Below are positions 36,764 through 47,974 of a stretch of DNA of 64,000 nucleotides, one piece after another. The number at the start of each line of letters is the position of its first letter. Position 1 is the stretch's first letter. Location of the stretch: the NCBI GenBank assembly GCA_963823665.1, contig CAWGMQ010000005.1:608001-672000 (forward strand), given 5' to 3'. This DNA is from an uncultured Planctomycetota bacterium (GTDB lineage: Bacteria; Planctomycetota; Planctomycetia; Isosphaerales; Isosphaeraceae). A program made the position numbers and the translations under genes. The notes below the pieces were generated by a model, which saw only the letters and a list, made by a program, of their open reading frames with translations, did not search any database and was not told where the DNA came from.

Positions 36764-37051
36764 TCTCCGCCACGATCACGCCCGAAACGCCTTCTCATGA
36801 TATCGCGAGGAGCCGACCGCTCCGCGCCTGAATCAAACGAACGGTCCGGTTACATTCGCACCGGCGCACTTGCGCTGATGCATGTGGTATGCTTCGGCGT
36901 AATTTGGGTCGGCATGAGCCTTGGCTGTACGGCTTCGGTGCTCGTCGCTCTGACAAAGCTCGGGCTGGTCTGGGATCTCAGGCCCGTGCCGGAACATGTC
37001 TTGCACGAAGCTCGCCGACTCTCGCGGACCCAGCGCGCGTCGTCAAATTGA
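36760..37051 (+). pseudogene. Internally deleted acyl-CoA (delta-9-type) desaturase remnant
   Basis: N-terminal-like LMHVVCFGVIWVG joined directly to C-terminal-like LTKLGLVWDLRPVP; all His boxes are missing. Confidence 0.55.
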
Positions 37052-37061
37052 AAAACCCCGG

Positions 37062-38585
37062 ATGATCAATCAACGGCTGCATCTCCTTCGCATCGCGAAT
37101 TGCAACACACAGCCACTGCGTGCCAGCGGGCAGTACGTGCTTTACTGGATGATCGCCTTTCGCCGGATGGAATGGAATTTCAGCCTCGACCGTGCACTCG
37201 AATGGGCCATCGAGCTCGACCGGCCACTTGTGATCTTTGAACCACTGCGCGCTGGGTATCGCTGGGCGAGCGAGCGATTGCATCGCTTTGTAATCGATGG
37301 CATGGCCGACAACACCGCACGAATCGCCAGCCTGCACAGTCCGGGAGTCTTCTATTATCCCTACGTCGAACCCGCACCCGACGCCGGCCATGGCCTGCTC
37401 GAAGCGCTGGCAACGCACGCCTGTCTGGTCGTGACCGATGATTATCCTGCGTTCTTCTTGCCACGCATGGTCAAGGCGGCTTCAACACGGCTGAACGTGC
37501 TGGTCGAGAAAGTTGATTCGAACGGTTTGCTGCCACTCCGAGCGGCCTCGCGCGCATTTGAGACCGCTTTCTCGTTTCGCGCATTCTTGCAGAAGGAGCT
37601 GCCGGCACACTTGATGATCACTCCGAACGCCGACCCGTTCACCGGAATCATGCTGCCGCAGATCAACTTGCTTCCGGATCGAATCCTGGAACGCTGGCCC
37701 GCCGTATCACCGAGTCTGCTCCGTGGTGGCCCAAACACGCTCGCGCATCTACCCGTCGACCACGCCATCACCGTCGTGGATGATCGCGGAGGGCCCGTCG
37801 CTGCGGCGAAGCGGCTCAAAGACTTCCTCAACCGCTCCCTGAACGACTATGCCAAGCATGCAAACCAGCCGGACGACAACGCGAGGAGCGGACTGTCTTC
37901 GTATTTGCATTTCGGCCATATCTCGACCCACCAGATTTTTCACGAGCTGATGGAGCACGAGAACTGGTCGCCCGACAAGCTGCCCAAGAAGTCTGCCGGC
38001 AAGCGCCAGGGCTGGTGGAATGCCTCCCCCTCCGCAGAAATGTGGCTGGACGAATTCGTCACCTGGCGCGAGCTCGGCTATAACATGGCCGCGAATCGCG
38101 ATGACTATGATCGGTACGACTCCCTGCCCGATTGGTCGAAGGCAACGCTCAAGAAACATGTGCGCGACCGGCGCGAATTCGTCTATTCTCTCGATCAATT
38201 CGCTGCTGCAGACACCCACGACGAGCTCTGGAACGCGGCCCAGCGCCAGCTGGTGCGTGAAGGCCGCATCCACAACTACCTGCGAATGCTCTGGGGCAAG
38301 AAGATCCTCGAATGGACAAGGGCGCCGCGCGAGGCGATCGAAGTGATGGTCGAGCTCAACAACCGCTTCGCGATCGACGGCCGCGACCCTAACTCCTACA
38401 GCGGAATCTTCTGGTGCCTCGGCCGCTATGATCGGCCCTGGGGACCGGAGCGCCCGATCTTCGGAACCGTAAGGTACATGAGTTCCGAGAACACCCAGAG
38501 AAAGCTTCGAGTCAAGGAGTATCTGCGCAGATTTGGTCCGTCGGCTGATGACGATCCCCGACCTGAAAGAACCCGCACCAACTGA
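37062..38585 (+). CDS. phr: Class II CPD deoxyribodipyrimidine photolyase
   Basis: YVLYWM, SGLSSYLHFGHIS, WNAAQRQL...IHNYLRMLWGKKILEW, DGRDPNSY...DRPW.ERPIFG.VRYM. Confidence 0.93.
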   Translation: MINQRLHLLRIANCNTQPLRASGQYVLYWMIAFRRMEWNFSLDRALEWAIELDRPLVIFEPLRAGYRWASERLHRFVIDGMADNTARIASLHSPGVFYYPYVEPAPDAGHGLLEALATHACLVVTDDYPAFFLPRMVKAASTRLNVLVEKVDSNGLLPLRAASRAFETAFSFRAFLQKELPAHLMITPNADPFTGIMLPQINLLPDRILERWPAVSPSLLRGGPNTLAHLPVDHAITVVDDRGGPVAAAKRLKDFLNRSLNDYAKHANQPDDNARSGLSSYLHFGHISTHQIFHELMEHENWSPDKLPKKSAGKRQGWWNASPSAEMWLDEFVTWRELGYNMAANRDDYDRYDSLPDWSKATLKKHVRDRREFVYSLDQFAAADTHDELWNAAQRQLVREGRIHNYLRMLWGKKILEWTRAPREAIEVMVELNNRFAIDGRDPNSYSGIFWCLGRYDRPWGPERPIFGTVRYMSSENTQRKLRVKEYLRRFGPSADDDPRPERTRTN

Positions 38586-38899
38586 ACGCCATCCTCGCCG
38601 CAATCACGAGCGGACTGGCCCCCAACCGGTAGCGTGAGCAACGGCCCGCCGGGGCGCTCAGCAGACTCTTCCAGCGAGAAGTGAATCTCCATTACCGTCA
38701 ACACCGATCGAGAGTTCACATCATCACAAGCGATGTAATAGCAGTAGCCTCGTTCAGCGTCATCGTCAGGAGCGCTTCGGTATTCGCACCGGCGTTCACC
38801 CCGCTGAAATGCTCCGCCGAAAGTGGAGCAAGCAGCGCCTTGGTGATTTCCTTCCCTTCGCGCGATTACCGAACCTTCCCTCCGGCCTCCGGCGGCGAG

Positions 38900-39381
38900 T
38901 CACTCCGAATCGCTCCTCCGCCCCAAACTGTTGATCGTGCTGGCCGTCGCGTAGATCAGGTCTGGCATCACAGGTCCATCGGTTCGATACGCGCCGGTGC
39001 CTCCCTGATACTTGCGCCCCTGCGACCATCCCAGGATCATGCGGCGACGGAATTTTCGGCTGCCCGTTTCATCCCACCCCCATGTGCCGTCGATCGCGCG
39101 CCGGCCCTCGCCGCGGCCGTACGGAACACCCCCGCCGACATAGTAGCCAATCCCACCCGCGGTCCGGCTCGTTTCCAGATGCCCCGACAGCGACCGTGGG
39201 TAGCCGTGCGCTCGTCCGTGTGCGGGATCCATCGCGGCTTCCCCGGAGGAGGCGTTCCTTCTTTTTTCTGGAAGTGCCGCTCGAAGAAGTTCGGATGCTC
39301 ATCCTGTCCATCCGCGCACTCGACGCCAGGGCCGATCGCAACCAAGCCGGCGGCGCCAAGCATCACAAAATATCTGTACAT
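38900..39381 (-). CDS. Secreted Gly/aromatic-rich hypothetical protein (frameshift near 39207)
   Basis: Signal peptide ORF (39381) joins the frame GYPRSL...GYYVGGG...GTWGWD...YQGGTGAYRTDGP; starts 25 nt after the heme-binding gene stop. Confidence 0.6.
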
Positions 39382-39406
39382 TAGCGGTCTCCGACATTCG
39401 GATCAG

Positions 39407-41533
39407 TTACTTCCGCGGCGCAGGTAGCGGCGGCTTGATTGGCGCGAGCGAAACCGGCGATCGATTGGCCGGCAAGTGTGGATTACGGTTGTACTTGAAA
39501 TACGGCAGACGAATTCCCCGAACTTTCACCTGGTCAGCCCGCTTGATCGTTCGCGGCGGTCCGTATGCCATCGACGCAACCGAAGTGACGTCGTCGTCCT
39601 GGAGCACCCCGTCGCCGCTGACCCCGAGCCCGCCGACGAGCTCGTTTCGCAACGCGCCGCCGTTCGTGTCCTTGTACAAGGGAGCGCTGCCGGGAAAGAG
39701 CACCACGCCGTTCTGGTTGTACATATTTGCGGAAGTAATTACTTGATGGAAATTCGTGTTGGGGTTGAAGTCGTTGTAGCCTTGAATGCTCTGGAAAGCC
39801 TTGGCCGGCAGGGGCGCGCCCTTGTTCGTTGCAAATTTCGTCACGCCGCCGTCGGTGAGGATCGAGCCCGGACCGGGGGGATCGGTGTCGATGCCCTCGG
39901 GGAAGAACGGCAACGAGAGGTAGCGGAAAGTGCGGGCAGTGAGTGCGGTGCCCGCGGGGACGCCTTTGATCTTGTCGATTGGCTGGAGCTGGCTGGCATT
40001 ATCGTAGTAGGCCAAATTGCGAGCCTTGGCAACAGCCACTCCGATGGAGAAATAGGTCGCATCAGGCATCCGGTAGAGGCCCAGGATATTGCCATTCTCG
40101 TCGCTGACGGCGAAGACCATCTTCGCCGGGACGTTCAGTGGCGTGCGGATCTGCGAACGGATACTGTCGGCCTCGGCGATTCCCCGCGCAACGATCGCCT
40201 CCACGTCCGCCGCAGTCAGGTTATCCCCTGGCATGGTGTGCGGTGTCACCAGCCAACCGTACGGTACTCCTTGACCGGCGAGCAGCGTGTCGTTCGCCGC
40301 ATCGACCGGCTCGTTGGTGCCGTCATTCGGATTCCCCACGCCGAGCGTTGCTCCGAAGGTCAACAAGTGATTGAGCCCTTCCAATCCGCCAGGTCCGAAC
40401 AAGTTGAGGGTGATGCCTGCAAGATCGATCCGGCCGAAAGGCTCGGTGAAGTTCGGCAGCGCCGGCGCGCCGTTGATCGGGCCGTTGAATGGAACGCCGG
40501 CCATCTTGCTCCCACCCGCGGCCACGAACGCCATGTATTCGCCGATTTGCGCGTAGTCGGGCTTCTTGTGATTGGTGACGAGCGGTGTGTTGAGAGGTGA
40601 ATTCTCTTCCGTCGCAAATCCGGTCGTACCCGGAAAGAAGACCCCGATCCCGCCCACTTCAGCGGGTTTTCCGTCGGGCTGTAGCTTGTACAGCGGCACA
40701 CCGCCGGGCAAGGTCGCGATTCCTCGGGCCTGTGCCGTGGGCAGGATCCCGGTCACCTGTCCATAGGACTCCGGCGCAACCAGGTTGCCGCCTGCCGGAA
40801 TGTACTGCGCCGGTACGTTGAACCGTGTACCCGTCAACGGGCTGATGCTGTCGCGGTTGGTGCTCTCGATGTCGTACAGGTCGACTTGCGGCGTGAACAT
40901 GATACCTGGCGGAAAATGGCCCTTGATCCCCACCGGCGCCACGAATCCCGGTCCATAGAGCGTCGAGTTGCCGTTGTCGCTAGGTACGTCCGGATTGGAA
41001 TCCACCTCACGCTGCGTGATGGTGGTTTGACTGATTTGCTGGATCGTGCGCGATGTCAAGGGCGCCTGGTCATTCCCGAAGTATGCCCCCGTGCGCGCCA
41101 GCGAGACGGCGCCGTCAATCGCGAAAACTTTGTTGACTGTGTTGTTGGTGATTTCGCTCGACACCCCGCTCTCGACGCGCACGCCGAGAATCGTGCCATT
41201 CCTGTCCACCACGGCGATGATGGCGTTATTCACGCCGGCGGCGGCCGCGGCTCGCTGGAGGAGTGTGCTCACATCCTGCTTAGTCAACACTTGATCAGCC
41301 ATTGGCGGAGCCAGCGGGTTGTCGGGATTCGTCGGGTCGTAACCGTGCACCCCGGAGGCGATCAGCGCCCCGCTCGTGATCGCTTGCCGTTTGGCGGCCG
41401 CGCGCGCTGCTTGTTCCTTGGCGGCAGAAGACGCGCTCAACAGCTCCCGCCGTTCGAGGCAGCCGACTCCAGGAACGAGTGCGCGATCGCGCCGCGCTCC
41501 GACGCGCGCTCTGCGGAATGCCGACCACCCCAT
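39407..41533 (-). CDS. Extracellular heme-binding protein with two GlcG/HbpS (DUF336)-like domains and a planctomycete LExRxLL N-terminus
   Basis: CLERRELLS; domain 1 IAVVDRNG...SLARTGAYF...PGGVPLYK...VGGIGV; domain 2 FAVSDENG...AVAKAR...PGSAPLYK...VGGLGVSGDG..QDD. Confidence 0.8.
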   Translation of the reverse strand: MGWSAFRRARVGARRDRALVPGVGCLERRELLSASSAAKEQAARAAAKRQAITSGALIASGVHGYDPTNPDNPLAPPMADQVLTKQDVSTLLQRAAAAAGVNNAIIAVVDRNGTILGVRVESGVSSEITNNTVNKVFAIDGAVSLARTGAYFGNDQAPLTSRTIQQISQTTITQREVDSNPDVPSDNGNSTLYGPGFVAPVGIKGHFPPGIMFTPQVDLYDIESTNRDSISPLTGTRFNVPAQYIPAGGNLVAPESYGQVTGILPTAQARGIATLPGGVPLYKLQPDGKPAEVGGIGVFFPGTTGFATEENSPLNTPLVTNHKKPDYAQIGEYMAFVAAGGSKMAGVPFNGPINGAPALPNFTEPFGRIDLAGITLNLFGPGGLEGLNHLLTFGATLGVGNPNDGTNEPVDAANDTLLAGQGVPYGWLVTPHTMPGDNLTAADVEAIVARGIAEADSIRSQIRTPLNVPAKMVFAVSDENGNILGLYRMPDATYFSIGVAVAKARNLAYYDNASQLQPIDKIKGVPAGTALTARTFRYLSLPFFPEGIDTDPPGPGSILTDGGVTKFATNKGAPLPAKAFQSIQGYNDFNPNTNFHQVITSANMYNQNGVVLFPGSAPLYKDTNGGALRNELVGGLGVSGDGVLQDDDVTSVASMAYGPPRTIKRADQVKVRGIRLPYFKYNRNPHLPANRSPVSLAPIKPPLPAPRK

Positions 41534-41933
41534 CGCTTTAGGTCGCCTCCATGGCCTTGATTCCTCATCGATTGAAGGCACACAGTGACGCATGAACACG
41601 AGGGAACCAACCCGCGTTTCGCGAGCGATTGCGCAAGGGTTCTTCTTCCCCCCCAACACCCTTTGATCGACACGCTTCGCTGCCCGCCATGATCATTTTT
41701 TCCCGGAGATCTGTCGTAGTCGGAATAATCACTCGATTTAGCCTAATCGACAGAATCGTCAATGTGCCGACTTAACGCGGCCGATTTCTGATGGACAGCG
41801 TAACGCACGTCTTTCGGGTTGCGCCCGCTCGTGGTGGAGCGACGACAATCCTCTCTCTCACAATCCAATCACTCATCGGCCACACGTCATTCACGACCTC
41901 GTTCCCGTGGAACGGGGCGAGGGCCTGTTCTTG

Positions 41934-43804
41934 ATGGGTCTGCCCAAGTTAAGTCAACGCTTGGTCTGGGTCGCGCTGGCAGCCGTGCCGATTTTCGGCT
42001 GGTGCTGCGCGCTAGCGCGCGCGCAGGACGACGAGATCTCACCACGACCGAGCATGCTTGCGCGCCGATCGACGCGGCGCGACCCGAGAGTCGGCTTCCA
42101 TCGCTCTTTCACTCGGAACCGCTGTTCCAGTTTCCCGACGACCCGCCCATCGGCTACACCGGTCCTTCGGGCGTCATGCCGACGGAGGTCCAGGAATCGG
42201 ACCATTTCGTTCCGGTCGAAGATCGCTGGCGCATGGGCTACCCCGCCTGGGACCGGTATGGCAAGGGCCATCCAATCACCGATGACTACCCGTATAGCGC
42301 CGGACGCTGGTTCGATCCGTACAACCAGAATGTGTTCAAGGGCGATTATCCGATCATCGGCCAGCATACGTTTCTCGATATCACATCCGTCGCCAACCTC
42401 GACTTTGAAGCAAGGCAGGTCCCCACCCAGACCACGCCGTTCGAGAGCACCGAACGCCCGTTCTCCGGGAACTTCTTCGGTCGGCCCAACAGCTTCTTCA
42501 CACTCGATTTCTTCTCGATCGCGTTTGATTTGTTTCACGGCGATGCGGCCTTCAAGCCGGTCGACTGGCGCATCAAGCTGACGCCGACCTTGGGCGTCAG
42601 CAACTTTTCGTTCAGCGAACTGGCGCAGACCAGCCCGAACGTCGCCCAAGGCACGATCCGTACGCGAGAAGTGTGGGCGCTTCAAGAAGCGTTCGTCGAG
42701 TACAAGCTCGCCGACTTCGGACCCGACTATGACTTCGTCTCCATTCGCGCGGGCACTCAGCCATTCAACGCCGACTTCCGAGGGTTCCTGTTCTTCGACC
42801 AGAACCGGGCCATCCGGCTCTTCGGCACAAACTTCTCGAATCGCGATCAGTTCAACATCGTGTATTTCCGTCAGTGGGAAAAAGACACGAACACCGGCCT
42901 CAACACGTTCAACGATCGCCGCCAGAATCTCGTGTTCATGAATTATTACCGGCAAGACTTCATCTTCCCCGGCTACACGGCCCAGGTGAGCCTGAATTAC
43001 GACAACGACCCCGCGTCGATCAAGTATGACAAGAACCGCTTCCTGGTACGTCCCGATGCCGATGGCGATTTTCAACCCCACTCGGTCAACGTGGGCTATT
43101 TCGGCTGGGCTGGCGACGGGCACTGGGGCCGCTATAACCTCACGCACCAGTTCTACTGGGCATTCGGCTATGACAGCTTGAACCCGCTGGCCAATCGGCC
43201 GCAAATCATCAATGCTCAGATGGCCGCGATCGAGGGCTCGTACGACCGCGACTGGGTGCGGTTTCGGCTCTCCTTCTTCTGGGCTTCCGGCGACGGCAAC
43301 ATCAACGGCACACATGCCACCGGCTTTGATACGATCCTCGATCAGCCCAACTTCGCCGGCGGCGGCTTCAGCTACTGGAACCGTCAGCAGATTGGCCTTC
43401 AAGGCGTGAATCTCGTCCAGCGGCTCAGTCTCGTGCCCGACCTTCGGTCGAGCAAGATTCAAGGCCAGGCAAACTTCGTCAATCCCGGACTGATACTTCC
43501 GACCTTCGGCATGGATTTCGAGGTTACTGCCAAGACGAAGCTGATCACCAATTTCAACCTGCTCTGGTTCGACAAGACGAATGTCTTGCAACAATTTCTC
43601 TATCAGGGAAACATCGATCGATTCATTGGCGGCGATATTGGCTTCGGCCTCGAGCACCGGCCTCTCTTGAGCGAAAACGTGCTCTTTGTCGGCGGCGTTC
43701 AGATGCTGATCCCGGGGCAAGGATTCCGGGATATCTACGACAGCTTCAACGGCCGGGTTAACGCCCTGGTCGCCGGCTTCATCAACGTTGTCTTCACGTT
43801 CTAG
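41934..43804 (+). CDS. Outer-membrane beta-barrel (porin / alginate-export-like) protein (frameshift near 42060)
   Basis: Signal peptide (ARA-Q), LQEAFVEY, SIRAGTQPFNADFRGF, many alternating aromatic strands, C-terminal beta-signal-like FINVVFTF. Confidence 0.75.
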
Positions 43805-43910
43805 AACTCGATCTTGACGAGTTTGGCTCTCCGGGCTACGGTCTCGCCGCTTCGGTCTGACTCCGCGCACCGCGACCGGTGCTTCACGTCGAGGAGGAGG
43901 TTGGCCTTTC

Positions 43911-46900
43911 ATGCCGAGATTCTCCGCGGGTGCGTCATCGCGCCTGCGAGCAACCCATGCGCTGCCGCTGGCGACCTTCATGCTGCTGGCCGTCCTCTTC
44001 GGCACACCTGGCCGTCACGATGGCGGAGCCGCGCGCGCTCAGTCGGCTGGCGGGGCGCAGGCACCGGGCGCTTCCACGCCCACCCGGCAACCGGCGAGCG
44101 AGCCGTTCCCCGTGCCCGAAGAGCTACGCGGCCTCGATCTCTCGCGACAAACCCCCGAAGCCGCGGCGGCCAAGAGCGCCGGCTGCGTCGCGTGCCACCA
44201 AGGACAGCACGACCCGCACTCGAAACCCGAAACCCTCAGGCTCGGTTGTGTCGACTGCCACGGCGGAAACCCTCAAGCCGCTGACCAGCAAACAGCTCAC
44301 GTCTGGCCCCGGTTTCCCGACGCGTGGAGAAGCGCGGCCAACCCCGTCCGTTCCTACACACTCTTGAACCACGAAAACCCCGAGTTCATCCGGTTCGTCA
44401 ATCCCGGCGACCTTCGGGTCGCCCACCTGAGCTGCGGCACCACCAGCTGCCACGCCGATCAGGTGCTGCAGGTGCGCACGAGCATGATGACTCATGGAGC
44501 CATGCTCTGGGGCGCCGCGCTTTTAACAATGGCTCCGTCCCGTTCAAGCGGGCCCGCTATGGCCAGAGCTACAGCATGAACGGAGCACCGCAGCGGCTCC
44601 AGACCGCCCCTCCGCCTACTCAATTCGAGATGGAACACAAGGGAGTCGTGCCGTTCCTCGACCCCCTGCCCCGTTTTGAGGCCTCCCAGCCCGGAAACGT
44701 CTTGCGCATCTTCGAGCGCGGCCGGCGCGACCCGCAGGAAGTCGGCATCCCCAACCCGCTCGAAGACCCCGGCAAGCCTCGCGCCGGCTTGAGCGCACGC
44801 GGCCTGGGAACCAAGAACCGCACTGATCCCGTTTTCGTCGGCCTTCAGAAGACACGGCTCTTCGACCCGACGCTGAACTTCCTCGGAACGAATGATCATC
44901 CCGGCGACTATCGCTCTAGCGGCTGCACAGCGTGCCACGTGATCTATGCCAACGACCGCTCGAGGGTCAACTCCGGGCCGTATGCCCGCTTCGGCAATCA
45001 AGGACTGTCCTTTCAAGCCGACCCCACAATCCCCCGCAATGAGCCCGGCCATCCCATCAAACACGAGTTCTCAGTGGGGGTTCCCACCAGCCAGTGCATC
45101 GTCTGCCACATTCACCCCGGTACGAATGTGCTCAATTCCTACACAGGTTATATGTGGTGGGATGAGGAAACCGACGGCGAGCTGATGTACCCGAGGGAGC
45201 AGAAATACCCCACCGCGGAAGAATTCACGCTCACGAACATGTCGAACCCGGACGAGAACCGCGGCACGCGGAAACTGGTCGGATCCAGCGTTCCTCGCCC
45301 GCCTCGCCGAACTCAATCCCCAGGCACGACACACCCAGTTCGCAGATTTTCACGGGCACGGCTGGGTGTTCCGGGCCGTCTACAAGAAAGACCGGCATGG
45401 CAAGCTGCTCGACCACCGAGGCGAAGAAGTTGTCAATGATTCCACGGCCGCGCTCATGGCGGCCGTCGCACTACCTGCCGAGCAGAAGGAACGATATCGC
45501 ACCGGTAACGCCGCGGCCGTACAGAGAGCCTCGTTCGAACGCGCCGAGTCGAAACGCGACGGCCTGCCGGTGCACCAGCTCGATATCCACCTCGAGAAAG
45601 GAATGCATTGCGTCGACTGTCATTTCATTCAGGACGCCCACGGCAACACCAAACTCTATGGCGAGGTTCGCGCGGCCATTGAGATTCAGTGCGTCGACTG
45701 CCACGGCTCTCCCGGCCAGCGCGCGACCCTCATGACCAGCGGCCCCGCTTCCGACACCTCCGCCGCCGAATCCGGCAAGGAGGGCCGTGATCTCACCGTG
45801 TTCCGCACCCCGTTCCGACAGCGGAGATTCGAGCGGCGTGGCGATAAGATCATCCAGCGCTCCATGGTTGAATGCGACCTCGAGTGGGAGATCACCCAGG
45901 TCGCCGATACGATCAACCCTCGCTCCGAGCACTACAACGAGCGCGCAGCCCTGGCCAAAACCGTCCGCTTCGAGAATGACCAGATGGTGTGGGGCGACGT
46001 TCCGAAAGATGGTGAAAAGGCCTGCGCGCACGCCAGCGCCAAGATGAGCTGCATCGCCTGCCACTCGGCCTGGAACCCGAGCTGTTTCGGCTGCCACCTC
46101 CCCCAGCGCGCCAATCGCAAGATGCCGCAGCTCCACAATGAGGGAGATGTCACCCGCAATTATGTTTCCTATAACTTCCAGACGCTGCGCGACGACGTGT
46201 TCATGCTGGCGAAGGACGGCGACGCAACCGCCAACCGCATCGGTCCGGCCCGCTCGTCGTGCGCGATCCACGTGGGCTCGTACAACCAGAATCGCGAGTC
46301 GATCTACGTTCAGCAGCAAACGATCTCCGGCGACGGCATGTCGGGAATCGCGTTTAGCACCAACGTGCCCCATACCGTCAGAGGCGGCCCGCCGCTCATC
46401 CACGATCCGGAACACGCCCAGAATCCCAAGAACGGCCGGCCGCCTAACCCGGGTGCTTATCTGCCGGGCCACTCCGACACCAAGATGTGCACCGACTGTC
46501 ATCTCTCGAAAAACGGCGACAATAACGCCGTCATGGCCCAACTTCTGATGCAGGGCACAAACTATGTGAATTTTATCGGGCGCTACTGCTGGGTCACGGC
46601 GGGCGACCACGGCCTGGCGGCGGTTGTGGTCACCGAGCGCGATGAGCCGCAGGCCGTCATCGGCAGCTCGCTGCACCAGCTTGCTTATCCTGATAATTAC
46701 AACAAGCACCTTCAGGCTGAAGGCAAGCTGAAACACTCGCACGAGCACTCGGGCCGCGACGTCGCCGAGCGCATCCGGCGTCCGGAGATCCTTTCGATTC
46801 AAGCACGCGGAGAATACCTCTACGCCGCCTGCGGCGAGTCCGGCCTGCGCGTCTTTGACATCGCATTCATCGACCACAAAGGCTTCTCCGAGCGAATTGT

Positions 46901-47942
46901 GACGGCGCCGGTCTCTCCGCTGGGACAGCGGTTCTTCGTGCGCACCTCCTACGCCACGGCGGTCGCAGCGCCGGCGACGATGGCCCCGGACCCGACACGC
47001 CAGCATCAGCCCGGCAACAACGAGCAGAGTGTTCACGCGATGTATGGCTACCTCTATGTCACGGACCGCGATGAGGGCTTGATCCTCGTGCCGGCCGGTA
47101 CACTCTTGGACGGCAACCCACTCAACAACTTTCTCGGCCGCGAGCTCACCTTTAACCCCGACAAGATCCTGAGCGGCGCTCGGGCCATCACGATCGTGGG
47201 AACCTTCGCGTTTATCTCCTGCAACGCCGGCATCGTCGTCGTGTCGCTCGATGACCCGAAGCACCCCGTGGTAACGTCCGTGCTCGGCGAGCCGTTTCTG
47301 AACCATCCACGCGCAATCCAGGCCCAGTTTCGCTATGCCTATGCATGCGACGCCGAGGGGATCAAGATCCTCGATATCACCGACCTCGCGCACCCGCAGC
47401 CTGTGTCGAAGCTGCCGATGCGAGACGCTCGCGGCATCTATCTCGCACGGACCTACGCCTATGTTGCAGCCGGGGCCGAGGGGCTCGTCATCCTCGACAT
47501 TGAGCGTCCCGAGGAGCCCAGGATCGACCAGGTTTACACCGCCGACGGCTGCATCAACGACTTGAATGACGTGAAGCTCGGAATCACGTATGTTAGCGAG
47601 TTTGCCTATCTGGCTGATGGCGAGAACGGCCTGCGCGTCGTGCAGCTTACCTCGCCCGAGACGCCGGGGAACTTCGGCTTTAGCCCCCGGCCCACACCTC
47701 GCTTGATCGCCAGCTTCAAGCTGCCGCTGGGAGCCAAAGCACACGCCATTTCAAAAGGCGTCGACCGCGACCGTGCCGTCGACGAGTCTGGCAATCAGGT
47801 CGGTGTGTTTGGCCGGGTGGGCGCGCGGCCCTTGAACGCGGAAGAACAGCGCAAGATGTACATCCACAACGATCGCGTCTGGACCGTGAGCGACGACCCG
47901 CTCGATGCGGTCTACAAGCGTGTTGCGAACCCGCCGCGATAG
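43911..47942 (+). CDS. Large ten-heme c-type cytochrome fused to a C-terminal LVIVD-repeat beta-propeller (frameshifts near 44522 and 45258)
   Basis: CVACH, CVDCH, CGTTSCH, CTACH, CIVCH, CVDCH, CVDCH, CIACH, CFGCH, CTDCH; seven Y/F-x-Y/F-V/A-x(4)-G-L-x-V/I-x-D-type repeats; hydrophobic N-terminal signal. Confidence 0.88.
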
Positions 47943-47974
47943 GTCATCCGGTCAGTTCGTGCCGCGCCATCGAT

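Noticed and set aside
44500..45270. Programmed ribosomal frameshifting in the cytochrome gene
   Set aside because: No convincing slippery heptamer at either site, and similar indels occur throughout the window.
41954..47744. Long minus-strand ORFs (683 aa at 41954-44005 and 757 aa at 45471-47744)
   Set aside because: Antisense shadows of the porin and cytochrome genes, common in GC-rich DNA; no motifs.
43911..47942. Calling the porin-cytochrome pair MtrAB/PioAB
   Set aside because: Cytochrome size, heme spacing, the LVIVD fusion and the gene order do not match MtrA-type decahemes.
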